A stretch of 64,000 bases of DNA. It comes from a virus. Of the stretch, positions 49,216 to 58,479 are shown in pieces (within the stretch, counting starts at the first letter, position 1; every line of letters starts with the position of its first letter). Under the pieces are notes generated by a model that saw only the letters and a program-made list of their open reading frames with translations, searched no databases and was not told the origin of the DNA. The DNA lies in the IMG/VR virus record IMGVR_UViG_3300043775_001834, positions 13,587-77,586 of that record. One strand, given 5' to 3'. A program made the translations under genes and the position numbers.

Positions 49216-52200
49216 ATGGCAATTTCACCATCATTACAACAGTTCAAGTCTTCAGGTGTTTATCGACTTGAATTTGACAAGAGCCAAATCACTAACATCC
49301 CTTCTGAGACTATACGTCTTATTATCGGATTCTCTAAAAAAGGACCTTTTAATACACCAGTATTTGTACAGGATTCAGTATTTTTTAAATCTGTTTTCGG
49401 CGAAATCGACACAGTATTAGAAAGAAAAGGTTCATATTTCCACAGAACAGTTTTAACTTGTTTGGATAGAGGACCAGTGATCGTTCTTAACTTACTTAAG
49501 TTAGATGACACATTAGATACTTCTAATTTTCAATCAATTTCTACTTGTTCTACTGATGACAATGCACTAGTTGATACAGCACCAGTTTCTTCATTCTTTA
49601 ATAAAGATAAATTCTGGTTTACTGATCCTGCTGCTTTAGTTCAATCAGCTGCAACTAACGGAAGTACTAATTCTCAGCGTTTGCTTAATTATGCAAATGT
49701 TGGTAGAAAACCTGTTTCTGTAATTACTAGAAAATCTGATATTCTTGGATTTGATGTAATCGCTAAAGATTGGTTTTCTGTAGGTCAAGTTCCATTCTTT
49801 ATGAATGAAAATGATTACATTTCAGATTATCTTGTTGATGTAATTGTAGTTGAAGGAGATTTCTCTAACTATACAACATTATCTATCGATCCAATTTTCG
49901 GATCATTTTTTAATAATACTGGACTTAAAAAATCTTACACCGACCAATACGGTTTTGTGAGAGATGGATTAACTGAATTCCTTTCTTTACCTCAAGTTAA
50001 TGTACTTGGAGTTTATACTGGAGCAATGATTCCTGACTTCCAAGATAAAAATGGAAACAACATTTACATCCAAGATTTAGTTAACCTTGAAACTTCAAGA
50101 ACTGGAGTTTTAATGGCATTAAATCCTAACGCATATGACGATCAGCCTTATAACTTAGGTGGAGCTTCAAGATATATTTCTGGTGATTTAATTGATACTA
50201 TAGGTCATACCATAGAATCAGAGCAACCTGGTGCACTTAATTTCTTATCATATTATGGTGGAATTCAAGAAGATTTATCTTATAATAAAGTTTCTGGAGC
50301 TACTGCGGTAGTATTTAATACTTTATCAGTAGGTGCAACAACTGGAGTTGTTGCTAACGCATTATATTCTGCATCGACTGCAATTCAAGGAGCTACTGGA
50401 TATACATCAGCTGGTGCTACTGGATATTTCGATACAATAACAATATACGGTCCAGCTGCTTCTGCTCCTGGTTCATTAGTTTCAGGTTTTGCTTCTTCTG
50501 CTTTATTTACTGAATTTATTGATTCCCTTTCAGTTAATAAAACTTTCGTTCAAGGTTCATCTAAAGTAACGGTAGGTTCTGCAAGTACTGTTAATTATAT
50601 TTCAGTTAATTCTAAAATATATGACGACACTAACGACATCTTAACTCTTAAAGTTAAATTAGTTGTAGGTACTGGTGTAACTGGTCCTACTAGTACTTCA
50701 AATGGATTCTTATTCGTTGGAGGAACTGCTGCTACTGCTGGTGGTGGAACCGCTACTCTTAATATAATTCGTTCTAATAAATGGGAATTTAACGATACTT
50801 CTGCATCTCCTAAAATTGTTTATGCAGGTGTAGATTCTGATATTTATCAAAATAATCTTTCTGGTTTAATAACTGATGGAGATAGAATTAACGCATCAGT
50901 TTTAGGTGCTACTGCAGTATATCAATATGTTCAATTTGATAGATTTAGTACTAACGATTTAACTGGAGCTACATTTACTTCTGCATTTGCTTCAACAACT
51001 CCAACATTAAGTGATGTAGTTAATTATGTTACTGTTTCAGCTTTTGAAAATGTAGATTTAGTAACAGGAGCTACTTCAATAGGAGCTACCGGAACTTTTG
51101 ATTTTAAAACTTACACAGGAGACATAAACGAATCTCTTTTAATAGATGTTGCTAGAACCGGAACTGCTAAACCAACAAATATTGTATGGTTTAATGATAC
51201 CGCAACAGGCCCATTAGGACTTAATGGTTTTACCGGTCAAATTACTAAAGGACAATACTTAGTACAAAACTTTGGACAAACTGGAACTCCTACTAAATTG
51301 AGCCCATTAACTGGTAAATCTCGTTTAACTAGAATCATTTCAGTAGTTAAAATCACTGATCCACTTTCTACTAACTACGGTTATATTAAAGTAACAACTA
51401 ACGATGCAATATTCATTTCTCCTACTAACGAAGTAGAAAGATACGAAGATATTAGAAATTTCGTTCAATATTATAGATTCTCTGCTCTTAATGGTTATTC
51501 TTTAAGAGATGCTCAAGTACCTAATGGTTCAGGAGACAGACAAAATCAAATCTTGGATGTAATGACTAATACTAACATTGCTCAAGGTTTAACTGATAGA
51601 GAGGTTATTACATTCCGTTATATCGTCGATTCATTTGAAGGATTAATTGAACCAGCTACAAAAATCAGATTAACTAAGCTAGCTAAGAATCGTCAATCAA
51701 CTTTGGCTATCTTAAATATGCCATCAGTTAAACAATTTAAAGAAAGTACTAACCCATTATTTAAAATGGATTCAACTACTTCTTTTGATACTCAATACAT
51801 ACCAACTGGAGGTAACTTAGCATCTAACCCATCTAACGTATTCTCTTTACCTGGTATTGCTGATGGTGCTAATTATGGAGCATTCTATGGTCCTAACTTA
51901 GTAATAAGAGAAAATGGAAGTAATACATCAGTTCCATGTGCTGCACATGTTTCTAACTTGTACATTGACAAATATAACTTAGCTCTTCCTTACTCGATAG
52001 TTGCTGGTCCTCGTAGAGGTGTTGTAACTGGAGCTGGATTAGTAGGAGTTGAATACGCATTCGATAGAGTTGATTTAGATTGGATCGAACCATTTGGATA
52101 TAACGCTATCGTTAACAAAAGAGGTTTTGGATTAACTATTAACGCTAACCAAACAGCTCAACAAACCGTTAAATCTGCGCTTTCTCAAATTCATGTAAGA

Positions 52201-52509
52201 GAATTATTGATATACATTCAAGATGGTATCGAAGCTATTCTTAAAAATTACCGTTGGGAATTTAACACAGCTCAAAACAGATTAGAAATTAAAACTCTTG
52301 CAGATAATTTCTTATCTCAAATCCTTTCCGATGGAGGTCTTTACGATTTCAACAACATCATGGATTCAACTAATAATACTAACGAGATTATCGATAACAA
52401 TATCGGAATTCTTGATACTTACGTTGAACCAGTAAGAGGAATGGGTGTATTAGTTCATAGAACTACAATTCTTAGAACTGGTACTATCGCAACAGGTAAC
52501 TACATTTAA
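49216..52509 (+). CDS. gp18: Tail sheath protein (gp18) with large Gly/Ala/Thr-rich insertion
   Basis: SGVY..EFD, GFSKKGPFN.P, AGPRRG, SALSQIHVRELL, WEFN. Confidence 0.93.
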   Translation: MAISPSLQQFKSSGVYRLEFDKSQITNIPSETIRLIIGFSKKGPFNTPVFVQDSVFFKSVFGEIDTVLERKGSYFHRTVLTCLDRGPVIVLNLLKLDDTLDTSNFQSISTCSTDDNALVDTAPVSSFFNKDKFWFTDPAALVQSAATNGSTNSQRLLNYANVGRKPVSVITRKSDILGFDVIAKDWFSVGQVPFFMNENDYISDYLVDVIVVEGDFSNYTTLSIDPIFGSFFNNTGLKKSYTDQYGFVRDGLTEFLSLPQVNVLGVYTGAMIPDFQDKNGNNIYIQDLVNLETSRTGVLMALNPNAYDDQPYNLGGASRYISGDLIDTIGHTIESEQPGALNFLSYYGGIQEDLSYNKVSGATAVVFNTLSVGATTGVVANALYSASTAIQGATGYTSAGATGYFDTITIYGPAASAPGSLVSGFASSALFTEFIDSLSVNKTFVQGSSKVTVGSASTVNYISVNSKIYDDTNDILTLKVKLVVGTGVTGPTSTSNGFLFVGGTAATAGGGTATLNIIRSNKWEFNDTSASPKIVYAGVDSDIYQNNLSGLITDGDRINASVLGATAVYQYVQFDRFSTNDLTGATFTSAFASTTPTLSDVVNYVTVSAFENVDLVTGATSIGATGTFDFKTYTGDINESLLIDVARTGTAKPTNIVWFNDTATGPLGLNGFTGQITKGQYLVQNFGQTGTPTKLSPLTGKSRLTRIISVVKITDPLSTNYGYIKVTTNDAIFISPTNEVERYEDIRNFVQYYRFSALNGYSLRDAQVPNGSGDRQNQILDVMTNTNIAQGLTDREVITFRYIVDSFEGLIEPATKIRLTKLAKNRQSTLAILNMPSVKQFKESTNPLFKMDSTTSFDTQYIPTGGNLASNPSNVFSLPGIADGANYGAFYGPNLVIRENGSNTSVPCAAHVSNLYIDKYNLALPYSIVAGPRRGVVTGAGLVGVEYAFDRVDLDWIEPFGYNAIVNKRGFGLTINANQTAQQTVKSALSQIHVRELLIYIQDGIEAILKNYRWEFNTAQNRLEIKTLADNFLSQILSDGGLYDFNNIMDSTNNTNEIIDNNIGILDTYVEPVRGMGVLVHRTTILRTGTIATGNYI

Positions 52510-52516
52510 TATAAAT

Positions 52517-52547
52517 TAAGCCGATCTAATCGGTCGGCTTATTTTTT
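52517..52547 (+). terminator. Intrinsic terminator after sheath
   Basis: TAAGCCGATC / GGTCGGCTTA plus T tract. Confidence 0.8.
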
Positions 52548-52612
52548 ATCATCACGTAGATAAATAACTAAATATCAATTAAAAAATTGAAAATAAAAAA
52601 GAATATTAGAAC

Positions 52613-53164
52613 ATGCCAGGTTTACCACATTTTTTAAACGCAAAAGCTTCTACCAAATATTACGAACCATTTTACCAAAACTTATTCGAAGTATCAGTAC
52701 TTCCTCCAAATACAGTTTCTGGTGGGTCTATCCTACTTGAACATGTAAATAAGATTTCTGGTCTTACTCAAGATAGAGGTACAGAAGCAATTACACAAGC
52801 ATATAAATTTGCTAAACGTTCGTATGCAAGTGGTGTACCAACTGATACAGTCAATGACTTAGAAGTTGAATTCTCACTTAACTTGAACGATGCTAATGAA
52901 TTATATGTTTACAAAACTCTTCGTAATTGGCAGAGACTTATTTATAACCCTTTAACCGGTGAACAAGGTCTTAAAAAAGATTACGTTGGAACTATTATCG
53001 TTACCAATTATAACCGTAAAGGAGATATATTCTGGCAACGTACTTTCCACGATTGTTTCCCTACTGGAGATATGCCAGATTATGGTGGAGATTATTCAAC
53101 TGGAGAAGCACAAGTGCTTTCAGTTAAATGGAGAAGCGATTGGTGGGAAGAAAACATCGTTTAA
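52613..53164 (+). CDS. gp19: Tail tube protein (gp19-like)
   Basis: Follows sheath; NLFEV, W..LIYNPLTG..GLKKDY, CFP, W.SDWW. Confidence 0.85.
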   Translation: MPGLPHFLNAKASTKYYEPFYQNLFEVSVLPPNTVSGGSILLEHVNKISGLTQDRGTEAITQAYKFAKRSYASGVPTDTVNDLEVEFSLNLNDANELYVYKTLRNWQRLIYNPLTGEQGLKKDYVGTIIVTNYNRKGDIFWQRTFHDCFPTGDMPDYGGDYSTGEAQVLSVKWRSDWWEENIV

Positions 53165-53183
53165 TCTTACCAAAAGTAATTAT

Positions 53184-53208
53184 AAAGGACTCAATGAGTC
53201 CTTTTTTT
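53184..53208 (+). terminator. Intrinsic terminator after tube
   Basis: AAAGGACTC-AAT-GAGTCCTTT plus T tract. Confidence 0.85.
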
Positions 53209-53278
53209 ATGTTGACGTAGAGCATTTATAAATAAAATGTGTGTAATACTGCACACAGAAAAACAAATTTAAAATATC

Positions 53279-53455
53279 ATGACAAAAGAACAAATTTTCG
53301 GAGTAATAAGACACACTATGACTGCAGTCGGTGGAATCCTAATTACTAAAGGCTTTATTGCTGATGGAGCTTGGGCTGAACTTAGCGGTGCAGCATTAAC
53401 ATTAGTAGGTGTTATCTGGTCAATTGTTGATAAACAGAAAACAACAACAAAATAA
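53279..53455 (+). CDS. Putative small holin-like two-TM protein, 58 aa (not in ORF track)
   Basis: MTKEQIFGVIRHTMTAVGGILITKG...GAALTLVGVIWSIVDK; TATAAATA at 53227. Confidence 0.7.
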   Translation: MTKEQIFGVIRHTMTAVGGILITKGFIADGAWAELSGAALTLVGVIWSIVDKQKTTTK

Positions 53456-53499
53456 TATAAACGGCAAAAAATATTATACTCTAACATTTGCCAAATAAA

Positions 53500-53588
53500 T
53501 TGTTAATAACTTTTTGAAACTTTTAACTCGATATTTCCAAGTATCGAGTTTTTTGTTTATATTTACACTATAATTAAAAACTCAAATT
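53500..53588 (+). promoter_or_regulatory. Early promoter cassette 6 with embedded terminator hairpin
   Basis: TTGTTAATAAC 53500, TTT 53534, TATATTTAC 53558. Confidence 0.75.
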
Positions 53589-53933
53589 ATGTCAGTTTAT
53601 AAAGAAGGTTACTACGCAATTTCGGAAATTGAATTTCAATCTATTCAAATTTACTCAGATGCATGTGACTATGGCGTACCTTGCAAAAAAGGAGATTCAA
53701 TGTGGAATCTAACGAAACAACTTACTGAATGGTATGGTGATAAAACTACTAAGGTAGTAAATTCAAATCGTACAAATGCAGACATTATGGTTACTCTAAT
53801 AGACGAATGGTCAGTATCTGATGAACGAAAAACTCTTAAAGAAGCAACTGATAATTATCACGTTTCTTTTACTACTTGTAAAGATGGTAAATGTAAAGGT
53901 TTTGATGGATTTGTTTCTGTAACTAAATTATAA
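53589..53933 (+). CDS. Early hypothetical protein
   Basis: Follows cassette 6. Confidence 0.6.
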   Translation: MSVYKEGYYAISEIEFQSIQIYSDACDYGVPCKKGDSMWNLTKQLTEWYGDKTTKVVNSNRTNADIMVTLIDEWSVSDERKTLKEATDNYHVSFTTCKDGKCKGFDGFVSVTKL

Positions 53934-53980
53934 TAATCAAAATCAAAAAACTTGCATAAAACGTAAAATCATTAAAATCT

Positions 53981-55813
53981 ATGTCAAAAGAAATAAGTAA
54001 GAAATATGAATTATTAGACGAGATACAACATTGCCTCCTTCGGCCAGGTATGTATGTTGGTTCAACAAAACCTCATAATTCAAAAGAATTTTTATTTGAT
54101 GGTGAAAAATTCCATCAAGAAGAAGTTACTTACAATCCAGGATTCCTGAAATTATTTGATGAAATTGTCTCAAATTCAATTGATGAATCGAAAAGAAATC
54201 CTAAGTTAAATCAAGTTCATATTACGTTTAATCCTAAGAATGGCGAAATATCGGTTTGGGATAATGGTGGAATTCCTGTAATAAAACATACTGACCACGG
54301 AATTTGGATTCCAGAATTAATCTTTTCTAATCTTCGAGCTGGTTCTAACTTTGATGATACTCAAGACAGAACCGTTGCAGGAACTAATGGAGTAGGTGCT
54401 TCACTTACTAATATATTTTCACAAAAATTTACTATCAAAACTTCGGATGGTAAAAATCAATTTGTTCAAGTATTTTCAGACAATATGTCAAAACGTACTG
54501 AACCTAAAATTACACCTTCAGATAAAAACTTTACTGAATTATCTTATATCGTAGATTACAAACAATTTAGTATGGATGGCGTTGACCAAGTTCATATTGA
54601 TATGATGAGAAAACGACTAATGGATATTGCTGCTTGTAATCCAACTGTCAAAATACAATACAATAACGAAAAATTCAAATTTAGAACATTCAAAGATTAC
54701 GCAGAACTTTATGTTGATTCTTGTTTCTACGAACGTTCAGATAATTGGGAAGTTGCCATTGCACCTACTAATTTAGGCTATACTGCAATATCATTCGTTA
54801 ACTCAATTGAAACTAAAGAAGGTGGTAATCATGTAAATTACATAGCAAATCAAATTATCGACAAGCTACGTGTTATGATTAAGAAAAAACACAAAGTAGA
54901 TATTCGTCCTACTGACATCAAAAATCATATGATGGTGTTTATCAATTCAACAATCATCAATCCAGCTTTCTCATCACAAACAAAAGAAAAGCTAATTACT
55001 GAACCTAAAGATTTTGGTTCAACTCATGAAGTTAGTGACAAAATGATTAAGCAAATCTTTGGATCGGAGATTGTTGCTTCTATTCTTGATTGGATTGAAA
55101 GTAAAAAACAAGCAGAGGAAAGAGCTCAATTAAGAAAACTAAATAAAGACCTAAATACTTCTAAAATTCTTAAGTTGATTGATGCAAAATCGAAAGACAA
55201 TCGAGAAGGTTGTACGTTAGGAATATTTGAAGGTGATTCGGCTAAATCTGCAGTTCGACAATTTAGAGACCCTCAGCTATTTGGTGCATTTCCTCTTAAA
55301 GGTAAGTTCTTAAATGTTTCGGAAATGAAAAACACTGAAGTAATTAAGAACGAAGAGGTAATCAACCTAATGGGTTCATTAGGACTTCGTTTAGGTGAGG
55401 AACCTAACAATCTACGATATGGTAAGATTTTAATCTATACTGATGCGGATCCTGATGGTGATGCAATTGCTGGTTTATTGATAAACTTCTTTGCGAAATA
55501 TTGGCCAGAATTATTCGACCAAGGTAGAATCTACAGAGTACTTACACCAATCGTAGTGTCACAAAAAGGCAAAGATTGGTTATCATTCTATTCGAAAGAG
55601 GAATATCAAGAATGGGAATCCAAAACAAACACTAAAGGTTGGAACTCTGAATATAAGAAAGGACTTGCCGCACTTGAATCTCCAGAATATGAACAAATCA
55701 TACAGAATCCAAAAACCGTTAGAATTACAAATGACAAATTAGGTAAAGAATCACTTAACGCTTGGTTTGGAGGAGACTCAATACATAGAAAAGAAAGATT
55801 ATTAAAATTTTAA
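53981..55813 (+). CDS. gp39: Type II topoisomerase ATPase/TOPRIM subunit (gp39+gp60 fused)
   Basis: LRPGMYVGS, EIVSNSIDE, DNGGIP, GTNGVGA, EGDSA, PLKGK, DADPDG, KGLA. Confidence 0.96.
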   Translation: MSKEISKKYELLDEIQHCLLRPGMYVGSTKPHNSKEFLFDGEKFHQEEVTYNPGFLKLFDEIVSNSIDESKRNPKLNQVHITFNPKNGEISVWDNGGIPVIKHTDHGIWIPELIFSNLRAGSNFDDTQDRTVAGTNGVGASLTNIFSQKFTIKTSDGKNQFVQVFSDNMSKRTEPKITPSDKNFTELSYIVDYKQFSMDGVDQVHIDMMRKRLMDIAACNPTVKIQYNNEKFKFRTFKDYAELYVDSCFYERSDNWEVAIAPTNLGYTAISFVNSIETKEGGNHVNYIANQIIDKLRVMIKKKHKVDIRPTDIKNHMMVFINSTIINPAFSSQTKEKLITEPKDFGSTHEVSDKMIKQIFGSEIVASILDWIESKKQAEERAQLRKLNKDLNTSKILKLIDAKSKDNREGCTLGIFEGDSAKSAVRQFRDPQLFGAFPLKGKFLNVSEMKNTEVIKNEEVINLMGSLGLRLGEEPNNLRYGKILIYTDADPDGDAIAGLLINFFAKYWPELFDQGRIYRVLTPIVVSQKGKDWLSFYSKEEYQEWESKTNTKGWNSEYKKGLAALESPEYEQIIQNPKTVRITNDKLGKESLNAWFGGDSIHRKERLLKF

Positions 55814-55879
55814 CATAAATTATTTTTTTCTTTCGGGAATTATGATTATATTTATAAAGTTAAATAAACAATAGAATTT
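55808..55879 (+). promoter_or_regulatory. Early-type promoter cassette 7
   Basis: TTTTAACA 55808, TTT 55823, TATATTTA 55847. Confidence 0.6.
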
Positions 55880-57259
55880 ATGACGTCACAAAATAGTAAA
55901 ACCAAGCAGATAACCGAGAAATCTATTACTGAATTCTTAGACAAAGATTATGCTGCATATGGTATGTACACAATCGAAAATCGAGCAATTCCTTCGGTAA
56001 TTGACGGATTCAAACCTACTCAACGTAAGATTATTTACATTGCAAATCAAGTTTGGAAAGGTGGTAATGATAAACCTCTTAAAGTTTTTCAATTAGGTGG
56101 CAAAATTGCATCAGATGCTCAATATCATCACGGTGATACTTCGCTAAATTCAGGTATCATTAGTATGGCCCAAACTTTTAAGAACTCTATGCCTTTACTT
56201 GATGGTATTGGACAATTCGGTTCATTACGTTCACCAGAACCAGGTGCTGCTAGATATATTTCAACAAAGCTAAATGGTAACTTTAGGTTGCTTTATAAAG
56301 ACTTTAATTTGTTAGAATCTCAATTCGAAGAAGGATATGAAATCGAACCTAAATATTTCTTACCGATTATACCAGCAGTTTTGCTTAACGGTTCATCAGG
56401 AATTGCAGTTGGTTTCTCAACTAACATTTTAAATAGAAATGCAATCGATTTGATTGATGCTTCGATGAAATCTTTAGAAGGTAAAAAATTCAGCGAACCT
56501 CTTCCATGGTGGTCAGCATTCAATGGTATTGTAACTAAAAACGAAGGTGAAACTTCATCATTTCAAATCCGAGGTAAATTTGAAGTTGTCAATACAACTA
56601 CAGTAAAAATTACTGAGTTGCCACCATCGATGACATATCAAAAATATGAAGCACATCTTAATTCTTTACAAGACAAAGGTTATATTCAACAATATGACGA
56701 TGTAAGTACTAAGAAAGAATTTACAATCAACATCAAATTTCAAAGAGCAGAATTAGCTTCTCGTATTGAGAAAGGTCAATTAGAAGGTTTATTAAAATTA
56801 GTAGAGAACGAAACTGAAAATCTTACATGTTTAGATGAAAATGGTAAGTTGATAATTTTCAAATCTACGACCGAGCTTATTAATTATTTTGTAAAATTCC
56901 GTCTATCCTTTTATGATAAACGAAAAGCAAAAATGATTGAAATTCTATTAGAACAACACAAAACAATGTCTAATAGAGCTAAATTCATTAAGATGATTAT
57001 TGATGACAAATTAAAGGTTAGCAATAGACCAAAAGCTGATATCATCTCTGATATGGAAAAGGCTAAATTTGAAAAGAAAGAAGATACTTTTGATTACCTA
57101 CTTAATATGTCTATCTACTCAATGACGAAAGAACGTTATGAAGAGTTATTAAAACAAATAGCTGAAAACGAAAATGAATTAACTCGAGTTAAGGCTATTG
57201 AACCCAAAGATATGTATCGAAATGACTTAAAGGAACTCCGAAAAAATCTAACTAAATAA
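55880..57259 (+). CDS. gp52: Type II topoisomerase breakage-reunion subunit (gp52)
   Basis: RAIPSVIDGFKPTQRK, YHHGD, AARY, NGSSGIAVGF, ITELP. Confidence 0.96.
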   Translation: MTSQNSKTKQITEKSITEFLDKDYAAYGMYTIENRAIPSVIDGFKPTQRKIIYIANQVWKGGNDKPLKVFQLGGKIASDAQYHHGDTSLNSGIISMAQTFKNSMPLLDGIGQFGSLRSPEPGAARYISTKLNGNFRLLYKDFNLLESQFEEGYEIEPKYFLPIIPAVLLNGSSGIAVGFSTNILNRNAIDLIDASMKSLEGKKFSEPLPWWSAFNGIVTKNEGETSSFQIRGKFEVVNTTTVKITELPPSMTYQKYEAHLNSLQDKGYIQQYDDVSTKKEFTINIKFQRAELASRIEKGQLEGLLKLVENETENLTCLDENGKLIIFKSTTELINYFVKFRLSFYDKRKAKMIEILLEQHKTMSNRAKFIKMIIDDKLKVSNRPKADIISDMEKAKFEKKEDTFDYLLNMSIYSMTKERYEELLKQIAENENELTRVKAIEPKDMYRNDLKELRKNLTK

Positions 57260-57274
57260 ACTATTCGCTTGATA

Positions 57275-57309
57275 AAAAGGTCTATTAGAATAAATCTAGT
57301 AGATCTTTT
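57275..57309. terminator. Terminator hairpin after gp52, possibly bidirectional
   Basis: AAAAGGTCTATTAGA / TCTAGTAGATCTTTT. Confidence 0.7.
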
Positions 57310-57450
57310 GTTGTTTGACATAGTATCTTATATCCTCAGATACCGTTCCTTAGGTGTCACATAAATCATCATTTTAATTGATAAAATATTATTTGATTTT
57401 TATATTATTTTATTATCTTTCCTGGATATATAATAGAAAATCAAGTACTA

Positions 57451-57696
57451 ATGAGTAAAGAGAACAAAGGTGAAAAGATCCAAGTTCTTCTCTCTAGCTC
57501 AGATCACCATAAGCTTAAAAATATCATATTGAATTATTCCATAGTGAATGATAAACTTATGACATCATCTGCTTATGTAAGAGAGCTAATACTCAATCAC
57601 ATTAAAGAGTATGAGGGTGAACAATTATCTTACACGAACGAAACCGTTAAGAAATTAATAAATGACACATTAAAGAGTAAGAAGGTTGATATATAA
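57451..57696 (+). CDS. Small ribbon-helix-helix-like protein
   Basis: KIQVLLS strand, helix, SAYVRELI helix; GATATATA at 57425. Confidence 0.5.
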   Translation: MSKENKGEKIQVLLSSSDHHKLKNIILNYSIVNDKLMTSSAYVRELILNHIKEYEGEQLSYTNETVKKLINDTLKSKKVDI

Positions 57697-57710
57697 AATA
57701 AAACAATAAT

Positions 57711-58478
57711 ATGTTATATTTTTATATTTACAAAATGACTCATCCAGAAACTAATGAATTTTATATTGGTAGAAGGAAATCAAAAATAAAACCAGAATTA
57801 GATATTTATTATACTGGAAGTTCTTCAACTTGGTATAGAGAATTAGACGCATATACAATATCTAATGTATTAATTAAAGAAATTTTATTATCAGACATAA
57901 AAACTTTTGATGAATTATGTAAATATGAGATAGAAATTATTACAGAAAATATTAAAAATCCTTTATGTAGAAATGCGCATATTCCAGGAAAAGGTTTTTA
58001 TATAAATACTCCTAGATCAGATGAAACTAAGAATAGAATTTCTAAATCTAATATAGGTAAGCATAATATAAAACATACAGAAGAATCTAAGAATAAAATG
58101 TCTAATTCCCTTAAAGGTAAAGTTCATTCAGATGACCATAATAAAAAAGTTTCTATTTCTAATACTGGCAAAATATTACCACCTGAAGTTAGAGAAAAAA
58201 TTTCTAATTCATTAAAAGGACGTATTTTATCAGATGAACATAAAGAGAAAATATCTAAATTTCAGAAAGGTAAAATTTTATCTGAAGAACATAAAGAGAA
58301 AATATCTTCATCATCTAAAGGAAAAAAGATGAGTGAAGAAGCCAAAAATAATATGTCGAAATCTAGAATCGGTAAGAAATTATCAGATGAACAAAAAGAA
58401 AAAATGAAAAATTCACAAAAAGAGAGACGCTTACGTGAATTAGTAATTAAACAAACAAATTTTGAAAAAATAAAATAA
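57711..58478 (+). mobile_element. Free-standing GIY-YIG homing endonuclease with NUMOD3 repeats
   Basis: YIYKM...FYIGRR, YTGSS; about 8 copies of a 17-aa S(D/E)E.K.KIS.S.KGK unit. Confidence 0.88.
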
Positions 58479-58479
58479 T

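Larger units (their letters stand above)
472..53961 (+). promoter_or_regulatory. Dispersed putative middle promoters CATATAA
   Basis: At 472, 1132, 5449, 5742, 7226, 34617, 40685 (variants 9986, 53955), each shortly before a replication-module start. Confidence 0.55.
14547..57695 (+). promoter_or_regulatory. Dispersed late promoters (G/T)ATA(T/A)ATA
   Basis: GATATATA at 14547, 15795, 23990, 26014, 27791, 44091, 46014, 49189, 57425, 57688; GATAAATA at 20682, 44973, 52559; TATAAATA at 17836, 41773, 53227; all just upstream of starts of morphogenesis-region genes. Confidence 0.8.

Noticed and set aside
44066-58479. Group I introns around the two GIY-YIG genes
   Set aside because: Flanking genes are complete, flanks are too short for a ribozyme core, and each endonuclease has its own late promoter
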